NCBI GenBank assembly: GCA_009838195.1
Contig: VXSC01000002.1
Coordinates: forward strand, 82,139 to 146,138
From: Rhodothermaceae bacterium
GTDB taxonomy: Bacteria; Bacteroidota; Rhodothermia; Rhodothermales; Bin80
Direction of reading: 5' to 3'
Length of the DNA stretch: 64,000 nt
The position numbers were made by a program, and so were the translations under genes. The notes beneath the pieces are model-generated. The model had not been told where the DNA came from, made no database searches, and saw nothing but the letters and a program-made list of their open reading frames with translations. Positions 32,641 through 43,073 of the stretch are shown one piece after another. The stretch's first letter is position 1. Each line of letters opens with the position of its first letter.

Positions 32641-34731
32641 ATGCCGGACGAGTCTTTTAAGCGCACCTTGGTGACGTCTGCGTTGCCGTACGCCAATGGT
32701 CCGGTACATATTGGACATCTTGCAGGTGCTTATTTACCAGCGGATATTTATGTTCGCTATCTGAGGTTACAGGGTCGTGATGTGGTATATGTCTGTGGGT
32801 CGGATGAATATGGTGTAGCGATCGTGATGCAGGCAATGCAGGAGAACGTCACTCCTCAGGAAGTCGTTGATCGTTACCATCCCATGATCCGAGACAGTTT
32901 TGAGGGGTTCGGAATTAGTTTTGACAACTATAGCCGCACCACACGTGAGGTCCACACGGAGACCAGTCAGGATTTTTTTCGGAGATTATCCGAGAAGAAT
33001 GAGTTTGTGCTGAAGCGAGAGGAGCATCTTTACGACCCGGAGGCAAAGGTTTTTCTCGCAGATCGTTTTGTGCATGGCACCTGTCCCATTTGTGGTTACG
33101 AGGATGCCTATGGAGATCAGTGTGAAAAGTGTGGCACATCACTCAGCCCCACGGAGATCAAAAATCCGCGGAGCACACTCACCGATGCAGTCCCGGAGTT
33201 GCGCCCGACGACTCACTGGTATTTGCCCCTGGGACAGTGGCAGAGCCGATTGGAAGCCTACATTTCCAGTCATTCTGACTGGAAGCCGAATGTTCTTGGG
33301 CAGATTGGGGCTTGGTTTACAGACGGATTGCGTGACCGGGCAATCACCCGTGACGTTCCTTGGGGAGTTCCCGTACCACAGGAAGCTGCGGACGCAGCTG
33401 GTGTGCAATCAGAGGGGAAAGTGATTTATGTATGGTTTGATGCACCGATTGGATACATTTCATCAACGCGGGAATGGGCGCAGCGCAAAGGTGATCCAGA
33501 GCGATGGAAGCTGTACTGGCAGGATGAGGATTCCAGACTAATTCACTTTATTGGCAAGGACAATATCGTATTCCATACACTGATGTTTCCCGCGATGCTG
33601 ATGGGCTACGGGGAGTATGTAGTGCCGGATCAGGTTCCTGCGAATGAGTTTCTGAACATTGAAGGCAGCAAGTTGTCAACGAGTCGAGGATGGGCGGTGT
33701 GGTTGCACGAGTACCTCAATGATTTTCCTCCAGACTTGCTACGTTATGTACTCACTAGTACGCTCCCCGAGTCCAAAGACTCTGATTTCAACTGGAATGA
33801 TTTTCAGACGCGCGTCAACAGTGAGCTAGCGGATATATTAGGCAATTTTGTCAATCGTGCTCTGACATTTGCCGAGCGCGAGTTTGACAATAAGGTCCCT
33901 CCACTGTCTTCTCCTTCTGCAGCAGATGAAGCAGCTCTTGCAGAATTGGCAGGGTACCCGCAGCAGATCGGGGCAGCCTATGAGCGGTTTCGGTTCCGCG
34001 AAGCAGCGCGTTTGACGATGAATATGGCGAGACTGGGGAATAAGTACTTCAATGACCAGGTTCCATGGGTTACGCGGAAGACCAACCGGTCTCAGTGTGC
34101 CAATACAGTTCATGTATCTCTACAGATTGCGGCAGCGTTGTCAGTACTGATGGATCCGGTTCTTCCGTTTTCGGCAGAAAAGCTTCGAGGTATGTTGAGG
34201 TTCGGGGGAGTTCGATCCAGTCTACCTGACTCCGATCATTCGGAGGGGATTGGTTGGTCGGAGGCAGCTTCCTCTCCACTTCCAGCAGGACATGAACTTG
34301 GTCGCAAAGAAATTCTCTTTCATAAAGTAACGGACGATACCATTCAGACACAGATCGAAAAATTAGAATCCACCGACCCGGAATCGGGTCCCCCGTATGT
34401 GGAAGCAAAACCCACAATCAGCTACGATGATTTTGCAAAACTGGATCTTCGGACCGGTCGCATACTTAGTGCAGAGCCAGTTCCAAAATCCAAAAAACTG
34501 CTAAAGTTGCAGGTAGATCTTGGCTATGAAACCCGTCAGATCCTTGCGGGGGTTGCAGAACATTTTCAACCGGAGGAAATGATCGGGCAGTCCGTTGTGG
34601 TAGTCGCGAATTTGGCACCTAGGAAGATGATGGGGCTTGAGAGTCAGGGAATGCTTCTGATGGGGGAAGACAGAGAAGGACGTCTGTCACTCATTTCTTC
34701 AGGAAGCGAGGAGGGATCCATTATCTGCTAA
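32641..34731 (+). CDS. metG: Methionine--tRNA ligase with C-terminal tRNA-binding domain
   Basis: ALPYANG..HIGH, Zn knuckle CPIC/CEKC, YVWFDA, KLSTS and Trbp111-like tail (ANLAPRKMMG.ESQGM). Confidence 0.98.
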   Translation: MPDESFKRTLVTSALPYANGPVHIGHLAGAYLPADIYVRYLRLQGRDVVYVCGSDEYGVAIVMQAMQENVTPQEVVDRYHPMIRDSFEGFGISFDNYSRTTREVHTETSQDFFRRLSEKNEFVLKREEHLYDPEAKVFLADRFVHGTCPICGYEDAYGDQCEKCGTSLSPTEIKNPRSTLTDAVPELRPTTHWYLPLGQWQSRLEAYISSHSDWKPNVLGQIGAWFTDGLRDRAITRDVPWGVPVPQEAADAAGVQSEGKVIYVWFDAPIGYISSTREWAQRKGDPERWKLYWQDEDSRLIHFIGKDNIVFHTLMFPAMLMGYGEYVVPDQVPANEFLNIEGSKLSTSRGWAVWLHEYLNDFPPDLLRYVLTSTLPESKDSDFNWNDFQTRVNSELADILGNFVNRALTFAEREFDNKVPPLSSPSAADEAALAELAGYPQQIGAAYERFRFREAARLTMNMARLGNKYFNDQVPWVTRKTNRSQCANTVHVSLQIAAALSVLMDPVLPFSAEKLRGMLRFGGVRSSLPDSDHSEGIGWSEAASSPLPAGHELGRKEILFHKVTDDTIQTQIEKLESTDPESGPPYVEAKPTISYDDFAKLDLRTGRILSAEPVPKSKKLLKLQVDLGYETRQILAGVAEHFQPEEMIGQSVVVVANLAPRKMMGLESQGMLLMGEDREGRLSLISSGSEEGSIIC

Positions 34732-35169
34732 GATCAATCTGGAGCTAAAAGATTGGAAAGGAAACTCGAATCCAGATTGAATAGCAGATCAACGTCTGTA
34801 CACATACTGTACCAGAGGCTCATTGTATGTGGTCATGCTCCAAGCCCGGTTTGTTCTTGCTAGGAATAACGACGGTTGTGCAAATCCCCTACGGACTGAC
34901 ATCATTGCCACCGATGTTGGATAAGCATTGAGTCTGACTTCCGTTCCGACTCAACATATCCGAGGTTGTCAGAAAATCATTCACACGTTCATAAATGATT
35001 TTCAGAGAATCTCACAAATGACTGCAATTCGGATGTGCTAGCTTAAGTATCGGGTGGTTTTTGAGAGGCCATCGGGTCGTGGACGCCGCTGCAAATTGTA
35101 GTATATTGAACCGGAGCCTGAAACAAATCTGGCTAAGAAAATGGGATTGTACCGAAAACGGATACACCA

Positions 35170-36720
35170 GTGACGGCAACCACATCTACCCAGGATAATT
35201 TGAGCGCCACGGCACACCTGTCTTTCGATCGCGAAAGGCAAAGCGTAGCTGGCCCCACCGTTGCTGGCAAAGGAGGTTTTTCTGATTATTCGATAGAAAG
35301 CCGTTTTCGCGACGAGATGTTCCACGACGATAGGACACTGCGGACGGTAGCGGAACGTCTAGGTACGGCGCTTAACAATGCCACACCAGAGCAGTTGATG
35401 CAGCTTCAGGATGGTGTTCGGCGGCAGTTCCTTCACGAGGGGATTACCTTCACTGTTATTGGCAAAGAAGAAGTCACCGAACAAATTATTCCCATCGACT
35501 GCGTGCCGAGGGTTCTAACTGCTTCTGAATGGGATCATATTGACCAAGGGCTTCGACAGCGCTTGCGCGCGATCAATCTGTTCCTGAAGGATATTTATCA
35601 TGAAGGATGGTCATTGCGTGACGGTATCGTGCCCTACGAATTGGTTTTGGGATGCCCCCAATACCGCATGGAGATGTTGGGTACAAAGGTGCCCCACGAT
35701 ATCTATGTATCAGTTTGCGGCACCGATATAGTCCGTACTCGCGATGGATTTGCCGTCCTCGAGGACAATCTTCGCGTACCATCCGGTGTCTCCTACATGC
35801 TCGCCTGCCGTGCTGCGATAAAGCAAGCAATGCCGCGACTGTATCGGGCACATAATGTGCGAGAGGTCCTTCCATACCCAGGACAACTTTATTCCCAGTT
35901 GGCCTCACTCGTTACTTGGACACAGAGTCCACGGATAGCCGTGCTGACTCCCGGCCGGTACAACTCAGCGTACTACGAACATGCCTTTCTCGCTGGCGAG
36001 ATGGGCGCCGAACTCGTTGAGGGACGGGACTTGGTCGTGCATGATGGTCTGGTGTACATGCGAACGGTCACCGGGCTCAAGAAAGTTGATGTAATCTACC
36101 GAAGGGTGGACGACGATTTTCTGGATCCGGTGACTTTTCGTAATGATTCCCTCTTGGGAGTCCCGGGACTGTTCCACGCATATAGGGTGGGCAACGTCGT
36201 AATCGCCAATGCTCCTGGTACCGGTGTGGCTGATGACAAGGCGCTTTATGCCTATGTACCCGACCTTATTCGATATTTTCTTTCCGAGGAACCGATTCTT
36301 TCCAATGTCGAGACGTACCTGTGCCGGACCACCGAGGGACTAACATATACACTGGAAAATCTTGACAAATTAGTCGTGAAGGAAGTTGGAGGATCTGGAG
36401 GATATGGGATGCTGGTCGGGCCGCATGCATCGGCAAAGGAGAAGAAGGATTTTGCTGAACGGCTGCGAACCGATCCGTCGAATTTTATTTCCCAGCCGAC
36501 GCTCGCACTTTCTCGGGCACCGTGCTTTATTGACGGAAAGGTGGTGCCACGCCATGTAGACGTTCGCCCTTTTGTGCTGCAAGGAAGAAAAGAAACCTGG
36601 ATAGCGCCTGGGGGGCTCTGTCGCGTCGCACTTCGTCAGGGAAGCCTAGTTGTCAACTCGAGTCAGGGCGGAGGTTGCAAGGATTTGTGGGTCATTAACG
36701 AAGAAGAAAGGAATTCGTGA
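35170..36720 (+). CDS. Circularly permuted type 2 ATP-grasp protein
   Basis: GITF, VLEDNLRVPSGVSY, NSAYYEH, IYRRVDD, ANAPGTGVADDK, GSGGYG and VVNSSQGGG.KD.W. Confidence 0.92.
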   Translation: MTATTSTQDNLSATAHLSFDRERQSVAGPTVAGKGGFSDYSIESRFRDEMFHDDRTLRTVAERLGTALNNATPEQLMQLQDGVRRQFLHEGITFTVIGKEEVTEQIIPIDCVPRVLTASEWDHIDQGLRQRLRAINLFLKDIYHEGWSLRDGIVPYELVLGCPQYRMEMLGTKVPHDIYVSVCGTDIVRTRDGFAVLEDNLRVPSGVSYMLACRAAIKQAMPRLYRAHNVREVLPYPGQLYSQLASLVTWTQSPRIAVLTPGRYNSAYYEHAFLAGEMGAELVEGRDLVVHDGLVYMRTVTGLKKVDVIYRRVDDDFLDPVTFRNDSLLGVPGLFHAYRVGNVVIANAPGTGVADDKALYAYVPDLIRYFLSEEPILSNVETYLCRTTEGLTYTLENLDKLVVKEVGGSGGYGMLVGPHASAKEKKDFAERLRTDPSNFISQPTLALSRAPCFIDGKVVPRHVDVRPFVLQGRKETWIAPGGLCRVALRQGSLVVNSSQGGGCKDLWVINEEERNS

Positions 36721-37685
36721 TGCTAGCTAGAGCTGCTGGGGATTTTTACTGGATGGGTCGATATTTCGAGCGTGCTGAGCATACTGCACGCCTGTTGGAC
36801 TATCATCTTGCACACTTGGTCGATACGCCTGCTGATGTGCTGGCACGCGGTTGGCAACTCTTGTATGCAGCACTGGCACAACCTCCTCCCATATCTCCCA
36901 CGGAAACTGGCGATGCAGAGGCCTTTTTGGTTCCCGATGCCTTTGCTCTTGCCGCTCACCTGATTGAGGACACCGAAAACCCAGATGCCATCATCCAGAG
37001 TTGGACCAAAGCACGCGATAATGCTAAACAGCTTCGCCCGTGGTTACCGGTTCGGGTTTGGACATGTCTCAATGATGGTTTTCTATGGCTTCGAGACTGC
37101 GACTTTACGGAGTATTGGGCCCAGGGGCCCAATAGGCTGCCTGCAGGGGTCGTTGACCGACTGAGGCATTTATCCGGCGTCGTCGAAGCCAGGATGTCTA
37201 GGGACAATGCGTGGAGATTCCTCGAGCTAGGCCGTTTTGTCGAACGGCTGCAGCTCCAGACAGCCCTGTTGCGAGCATGGTCCAATCCCTCAAATAAAAA
37301 CTCTCAAGTGTGGGCAGGACTGTTGGAGGTGTGCGCTGCCTACGAGGCATACTGCCGAACGTGTTCAATGGTAATTCAACCTAGACAGGCACTGGCATTT
37401 TTGATAGCCAATCCTGAGGTTTCGCGTTCCCTGAGTTTCGCAACGCGGTCCGTTCAAGTTTTGCTATCAGATATAGATCCGGCAGGTGGACGGTATCCGC
37501 GAAGAGCGCCGCACCGCCGCGCACTGCGTTTGGCCGGCGCAATTGAGACAAACCTGCACGCATCCGCGGAAATTGCAGATACACAGGAATTCCTGGGGGA
37601 CTTTGCTGAAGAGTGCCGCACACTTCATGATCTCATCATTGCAGAATATATAGATTATCCCTTGGAGCAGGGATTACCGTCATGA
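36717..37685 (+). CDS. Alpha-E domain protein
   Basis: YWMGRYFERAEHTAR and FLELGRFVER (two ER motifs), plus SRSL.F. GTGA overlap with the upstream gene. Confidence 0.9.
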   Translation: MMLARAAGDFYWMGRYFERAEHTARLLDYHLAHLVDTPADVLARGWQLLYAALAQPPPISPTETGDAEAFLVPDAFALAAHLIEDTENPDAIIQSWTKARDNAKQLRPWLPVRVWTCLNDGFLWLRDCDFTEYWAQGPNRLPAGVVDRLRHLSGVVEARMSRDNAWRFLELGRFVERLQLQTALLRAWSNPSNKNSQVWAGLLEVCAAYEAYCRTCSMVIQPRQALAFLIANPEVSRSLSFATRSVQVLLSDIDPAGGRYPRRAPHRRALRLAGAIETNLHASAEIADTQEFLGDFAEECRTLHDLIIAEYIDYPLEQGLPS

Positions 37686-38542
37686 CTTCCCGCTACTCAA
37701 TACGTCACGAGTTAGAATTCACGTACGAAAGTGCAGTGACTGGTTCGGTGATTACGCTTTTTCTGGCACCTGCTCGTAATCTTCGCCAGTTGGTCCACAG
37801 CTTTTCACTTAGTAGCGATCCGGGGGGATCTATCTTTACTTTTACCGGCCCTTATGGTAACCGGGGGCATTTTTTTGATCGCCCCAGCCCACATCACGAA
37901 CTTCATATCCGTGCGCTTTCTGAGGTTGGTGTGGTTCCCGAATCTCCGCTGCCTGAATCTCTCGGCATCTTAAGCTGGGCCGCGCTCGAAGCTGCTATAC
38001 AGGCTCCAGAACAGTGGATAATGCTCCAGCCCAGCCACTTCGCACGGCCCTCATCCGCCACGCTGAAGCGATTCATGAAGGAATTCGGGATAGAGAAAGC
38101 CAACACCCCCTTGAGCAGCATCCAGGAACTTAAAGCGGCACTGCGTGCGGCCTTTGTCTACGAGCCCGGGAATACCACAGCGCAGTCGCCGATAGATCAT
38201 ATACTTGAAAGTGGTCGGGGTGTCTGCCAAGACTATGCTCACGTGATGATTTCAATATTGCGGAGTTGGGGCATTCCCTCTCGTTACGTGTCAGGATATC
38301 TTGGGCCGGACGGTAATGTTGGCGGGCGCAGTGAGAGTCACGCATGGGTTGAATGCTGGTTGCCGGACGCAGGATGGTTTGGTGTGGATCCCGTCAACGA
38401 TGGAGACTGCGATGAGCGGCACATCCAGGTCGCAGTCGGGAGGGATTATAATGATTTTCCTCCAGTACGCGGCGTATTTAGCGGTATGTTGGATTCTAAG
38501 CTTGTCACTCACGTAGAGATAGTTCGCCAGGGACCAAATTGA
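37682..38542 (+). CDS. Transglutaminase-like protein
   Basis: GVCQDYAH, RYVSGY, SHAWVE, GVDPVN and VAVGRDY (Cys-His-Asp triad). Confidence 0.92.
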   Translation: MTSRYSIRHELEFTYESAVTGSVITLFLAPARNLRQLVHSFSLSSDPGGSIFTFTGPYGNRGHFFDRPSPHHELHIRALSEVGVVPESPLPESLGILSWAALEAAIQAPEQWIMLQPSHFARPSSATLKRFMKEFGIEKANTPLSSIQELKAALRAAFVYEPGNTTAQSPIDHILESGRGVCQDYAHVMISILRSWGIPSRYVSGYLGPDGNVGGRSESHAWVECWLPDAGWFGVDPVNDGDCDERHIQVAVGRDYNDFPPVRGVFSGMLDSKLVTHVEIVRQGPN

Positions 38543-38642
38543 TCCACTTCCCCGCTAACTTTGGGGTGTCTCCGTATCAATGATGTGGCACTTCAAGGAT
38601 TAATCCACCGCGTCCTAACCCAAAACAATCAATGGGAGAATG

Positions 38643-40058
38643 CTAAATATTGATGGACTGCCCCAGTGCGTCACGCGTTGCTTCCATGATAGCCTCGGAC
38701 AGGGTTGGGTGCGGATGAACCGCGTCCAGAATTTCATGATACGTGGTCTCAAGCGTACGCGCAGTGACGACCTCCGCGATGAGTTCCGTAGCATCATGGC
38801 CGATCACATGGCAGCCAAGAAGCTCACCGTACTTCGCGTCATAGATCACCTTTACGAAACCATCAGTGTGTCCAGCCGCAGAAGCTTTCCCAGATGCAGA
38901 AAAGGGGAATTTGCCAATCTTGATATCCAACCCTTTTTCACGGGCAGCATGCTCAGTATACCCCACGGAGGCAATCTGGGGTTGGCAATAGGTACATCCT
39001 GGAATATTTTCCTTGTCCAGCGCATGGACTTCTTTTCCGGCGATGTTTTCAACGCAGAGGATACCTTCATGACTCGCCTTGTGGGCAAGCCACGGCGGAC
39101 CGGCCACATCCCCGATTGCATAGACGCCTTTAATTTTGGTGCGGGATAATGCGTCCGTTTTAATAAATCCACCATCAGTTTCGACCCCAACATCCTCCAG
39201 CCCCAAGTCTTCAATATTTCCTGTAATTCCAACCGAACTAAGGACCTGATCAACCTCAATGACCTCTTTTTTCCGGGAGGTTTTCAGATGCACTTTGAGG
39301 GTCTTACCGTCTTCTACACGTTCAACTGTTGCACCAGTACTGACCTTGATTCCAGCTTTTTTGAATGACCGGGCTAACTGTTTGGATACATCCTCGTCTT
39401 CAATCGGCACAATGCGATTTTGAAGCTCAACCAGATGCACTTCTGTGCCCATGTGATGATAAAAATATGCGAACTCCACTCCGATCGCACCTGCGCCAGC
39501 AATCAGCAATCGGGCGGGCCGTGTTTCTTGGAGCATCGCTCCCTTATAGTCAATAATTTTTTCTCCGTCAATCGGAAGAGGGGGAATCTCCCTGGCTCGT
39601 GCCCCTGTTGCTAGGATAATGTGCTTTGCCTTGAGCTTACGCGCACGCCCCACTTTTTTACCATCCATATCCACAGATGGACTGACACTCAATGCACCGC
39701 TTCCAGTCAACTTCGCATGTCCAAATATCACCTCGATATTATTCTTTTTCATGAGGTACTGTACACCAGAGTTCATTTTCTTGGCAACCGTTCGACTGCG
39801 TTCGATCACCTTTGGGAAATCAGCACGAACTGTTCCTTCCAGTTCCAAGCCATAAGAACTCAAATTATTGGCATAAGACACAAGCTCTGCACTTTTCAGA
39901 AGTGCCTTGGTGGGAATACAGCCTACATTCAGGCAGACCCCACCCAACTTATTTTTTTCAACCACCGCAGTCTTGAAGCCAAGTTGTGTGGCCCGGATTG
40001 CAGTTTCATATCCGCCGGGTCCTGTCCCGACTACAATGACATCGAAGGTATTTGACAT
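38643..40058 (-). CDS. lpdA: Dihydrolipoamide dehydrogenase
   Basis: GTGPGGY, GGVCLNVGCIPTK, GAGAIGVEF, LAHKASHEG and HPHPTLSE. Confidence 0.98.
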   Translation of the reverse strand: MSNTFDVIVVGTGPGGYETAIRATQLGFKTAVVEKNKLGGVCLNVGCIPTKALLKSAELVSYANNLSSYGLELEGTVRADFPKVIERSRTVAKKMNSGVQYLMKKNNIEVIFGHAKLTGSGALSVSPSVDMDGKKVGRARKLKAKHIILATGARAREIPPLPIDGEKIIDYKGAMLQETRPARLLIAGAGAIGVEFAYFYHHMGTEVHLVELQNRIVPIEDEDVSKQLARSFKKAGIKVSTGATVERVEDGKTLKVHLKTSRKKEVIEVDQVLSSVGITGNIEDLGLEDVGVETDGGFIKTDALSRTKIKGVYAIGDVAGPPWLAHKASHEGILCVENIAGKEVHALDKENIPGCTYCQPQIASVGYTEHAAREKGLDIKIGKFPFSASGKASAAGHTDGFVKVIYDAKYGELLGCHVIGHDATELIAEVVTARTLETTYHEILDAVHPHPTLSEAIMEATRDALGQSINI

Positions 40059-40103
40059 GAGAGAGATAAATTCAAGAGAATGGTTAAAGATAAAGGTCTG
40101 CGC

Positions 40104-40859
40104 TTATTCTTCAGGTAATGGAACGCGATTTACATCATTGGGCAGGTCAAGAGACATGGAGGCAATGGGTTCATCGATCAAGAGAGATCGGTAGTACAGA
40201 ATTGCATTTGTACTTATCGCCGGGTTCCGGTAGATGATCTGGCGTGGAAAGAACTCTTCGCCAACCGCAAAAAAATCGTTAAAGTAGAGGGCTTCCATAA
40301 GTGTCCCAGACGCGTCATGTTGCACCATCTGGACCGTGCGCCAGTGCTCAGGATCAACCGTATAGGTTCTGTGCATAAGTGAATCCGTAAGGACTAATCC
40401 ATCTTGGGTTGACTTCAGTTGAAGGGGAGTTCCTCGGATTGGGCGAACGTAGCCAAGCATCTGCTCAATTGCATTCTGAACAGAAAATAAAGCTGGCAAT
40501 GCTGGATGACCACTGCCTGCTATACCTAATGTTTGCGCAAATCGATCATAGAAGAACAAGCTGTCTTGCGTAACCAATAAACGGCCGCCCTCTATGTTAA
40601 GACCTCGGACACGGAAGACCATAAGCAGTGAATCGGCCCTGCGATGTGAGATCTCAGCGGTCACTGTACCCGAGTAGAGCGGGGTCTTCATCGACAGATC
40701 CCCCCTTGCTTGCAGGGAGGTGGGGAGCGAATGAGCCCAAACGCTATCCAACACGGATTCGACCTCATAGATCGTAGCTGGATCAATCCGATCAAGGGCA
40801 GGGCGGGAGCTGGCACATCCGGCAATGATTAATACAATCAGTATGACAGTGACTCTCAT
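40104..40859 (-). CDS. Lipoprotein, DUF4292-like
   Basis: Lipobox IIAG-C and a DSL...G.EG.R.LVTQDS pattern. Confidence 0.65.
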   Translation of the reverse strand: MRVTVILIVLIIAGCASSRPALDRIDPATIYEVESVLDSVWAHSLPTSLQARGDLSMKTPLYSGTVTAEISHRRADSLLMVFRVRGLNIEGGRLLVTQDSLFFYDRFAQTLGIAGSGHPALPALFSVQNAIEQMLGYVRPIRGTPLQLKSTQDGLVLTDSLMHRTYTVDPEHWRTVQMVQHDASGTLMEALYFNDFFAVGEEFFPRQIIYRNPAISTNAILYYRSLLIDEPIASMSLDLPNDVNRVPLPEE

Positions 40860-41737
40860 GGAATCATTTGAGGCCCCATTCCCCAGGAAAGTTTGGACCG
40901 AAGGGTGCCGAAATAATGCGTATCCTCAAGCCGGATCAGCTTGATGGAGTGATCGGCCCGGCGTATCGTGTAGGGTTCCTGCTTTTGAGTAATGAGGTGC
41001 GTTCGCCCATCCAGAGCAATCGTACAATCTGATGAGCTTGATGCCAACTGCAGGGTCAGGGTTGATTCTGCAGGTAATACAATCGGACGAACAGTCAGAC
41101 TGTGCGGGGCGACAGGACTCACGAGGATCACATTGCTCCCGGGCATGACGATAGGCCCCCCAACGGCCAGCGAATAGGCGGTTGACCCAGTCGGGGTCGC
41201 AATAATCAGCCCATCTCCCCAGTAACGGTTTAGTTTGGTCCCGTCAACCAGCATATCTATCGCCGCAAGGCCACCTGCAGGTTGCCGGGTGACGACGATG
41301 TCATTGAGGGCCCAGCCGGTATGCGGTCCAGTCAGGCTCAGGGCACTTCGTTGTTCAATCTGGTATTGGTCAGTATTCAGTAAGTGCAGTGCGTGCTGGA
41401 TCCGGCTGGCTTCAACATCGGCCAAAAACCCGAGATGTCCAATGTTGATTCCCAGAATTGGAACGCCAGTTCCACCAACTTCGAAGGCTGTGTGCAGAAG
41501 GGTTCCATCTCCCCCGATGGAAAGGATAATACTGCTCGTGTGGGCGAGAGCATCCGAAGATACTTTTTCTGCACACTCGGCAGATATGAGAGAACGCTCC
41601 AGAAGACCCTCAGCAATAGGGGTGTGTAGCTGATAGTCGATCTCTTCCGTCTCCATCCAGGCGATCAATCGCTGGATGAGCGGCCACAACTCATCCTTTG
41701 CTGTATTCCCGGCAATCCCGTAGATCATCTTCGGCAT
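40856..41737 (-). CDS. nadK: NAD kinase
   Basis: GGDGT, GINIGHLGFL, ALND and GDGLIIATPTGSTAYSL. Confidence 0.96.
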   Translation of the reverse strand: MPKMIYGIAGNTAKDELWPLIQRLIAWMETEEIDYQLHTPIAEGLLERSLISAECAEKVSSDALAHTSSIILSIGGDGTLLHTAFEVGGTGVPILGINIGHLGFLADVEASRIQHALHLLNTDQYQIEQRSALSLTGPHTGWALNDIVVTRQPAGGLAAIDMLVDGTKLNRYWGDGLIIATPTGSTAYSLAVGGPIVMPGSNVILVSPVAPHSLTVRPIVLPAESTLTLQLASSSSDCTIALDGRTHLITQKQEPYTIRRADHSIKLIRLEDTHYFGTLRSKLSWGMGPQMIP

Positions 41738-41808
41738 GAGCGAGTCAAACGTTAAGGTGTTGATATGTTATATCTCCTAGCGTAACTTCCTGTAAATCAT
41801 TATGTGTC

Positions 41809-43065
41809 ATGGCTCGGCGTATCGTCATTATTGGAAACGGGATCACAGGCGTTACCGCTGCACGGTTTATACGCAAGTTAAGTGATGACAGCATCACAGT
41901 GGTGTCCAGTGAAACCGATCACTTTTACGCACGAACTGCTCTGATGTACATTTACATGGGGCATATGCGTTATCAGGAGACCAAGCCCTATGAAGATCAT
42001 TTCTGGTCCAAGAATAGAATAAACCTTGTTCGGGGGTATGCATCCCGGATTGATCCCGAACAGAAAGTGGTCCGGATTGCGGATGGGAACGATATTGCTT
42101 ATGATGCACTTCTTCTGGCAACGGGGTCACAGTCAAACAAATTCGGTTGGCCCGGACAGGATTTAATGGGGGTACAGGGGCTGTACGGAATGCAGGACTT
42201 GGCATTGATGGAACAGAATACTCAGAACATCTCCCATGGGGTGGTAGTGGGAGGAGGCCTGATTGGCATAGAGATGGCAGAGATGCTTCATGCCCGGCAC
42301 ATCCCCGTAACGTTTCTTGTTCGGGAAAAAAGTTATATGGACTATTTGCTGCCCAAAGAAGAGTCAGCACTGATCAATCGTGAGATTTATGAGCACGGGA
42401 TTGATCTAAGACTGGATACAGAGTTGAAGTCCATTCTTGGATCCAAATCCGTTGAAGCGGTTGAGACCAGCAACCATGAGTGTATTGAATGTCAATTTGT
42501 CGGTCTCACGGCGGGTGTCCATCCCAATATGGATCTTGCAAAAGCTTCGGGGATCGAGACAAACAAAGGCATTGTGGTCAATGAGTTTTTTGAAACCAAT
42601 GTGCCGGACATCTATGCCGCCGGGGACTGTGCGGAATTCAATGCGGATGGTATCGGGAGTAGGCGGATTGAGCAACTATGGTATACCGGCCGAGCTCATG
42701 GGAAAGTAGTCGCCCGGACACTCTGTGGGCATCGGACCCCGTACCGGCGGGGAATATTCTTTAATTCGGCAAAATTTTTCACCATCGAATATCAGACCTA
42801 CGGAGACGTACCTGCCCAACCGGAGTCACATATTCGGTCACAGTTATTTCAAGGGGAGAAAAAACTTCTACGGATCAACAGTGATCGCCATACTGGCAAG
42901 GTGCTGGGGTTCAATGCGATGGGGCTTCGCCTGCGACAGGATCAATGCGAAGGATGGATTCGAAGTGGCACTTCTGTAAAGGAGGTCCTCGCATCCATTG
43001 GGAAAGCTCGGTTTGATGCCGAATTTTATTCAAACGCGGTTTACCGTCAGGCCGCAGCGGTATAG
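41809..43065 (+). CDS. NAD(P)/FAD-dependent oxidoreductase (ferredoxin-reductase/NirB N-terminal-like)
   Basis: IIGNGITG, LLLATGS, VVGGGLIGIE and IYAAGDCA. Confidence 0.88.
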   Translation: MARRIVIIGNGITGVTAARFIRKLSDDSITVVSSETDHFYARTALMYIYMGHMRYQETKPYEDHFWSKNRINLVRGYASRIDPEQKVVRIADGNDIAYDALLLATGSQSNKFGWPGQDLMGVQGLYGMQDLALMEQNTQNISHGVVVGGGLIGIEMAEMLHARHIPVTFLVREKSYMDYLLPKEESALINREIYEHGIDLRLDTELKSILGSKSVEAVETSNHECIECQFVGLTAGVHPNMDLAKASGIETNKGIVVNEFFETNVPDIYAAGDCAEFNADGIGSRRIEQLWYTGRAHGKVVARTLCGHRTPYRRGIFFNSAKFFTIEYQTYGDVPAQPESHIRSQLFQGEKKLLRINSDRHTGKVLGFNAMGLRLRQDQCEGWIRSGTSVKEVLASIGKARFDAEFYSNAVYRQAAAV

Positions 43066-43073
43066 AGATCCAA

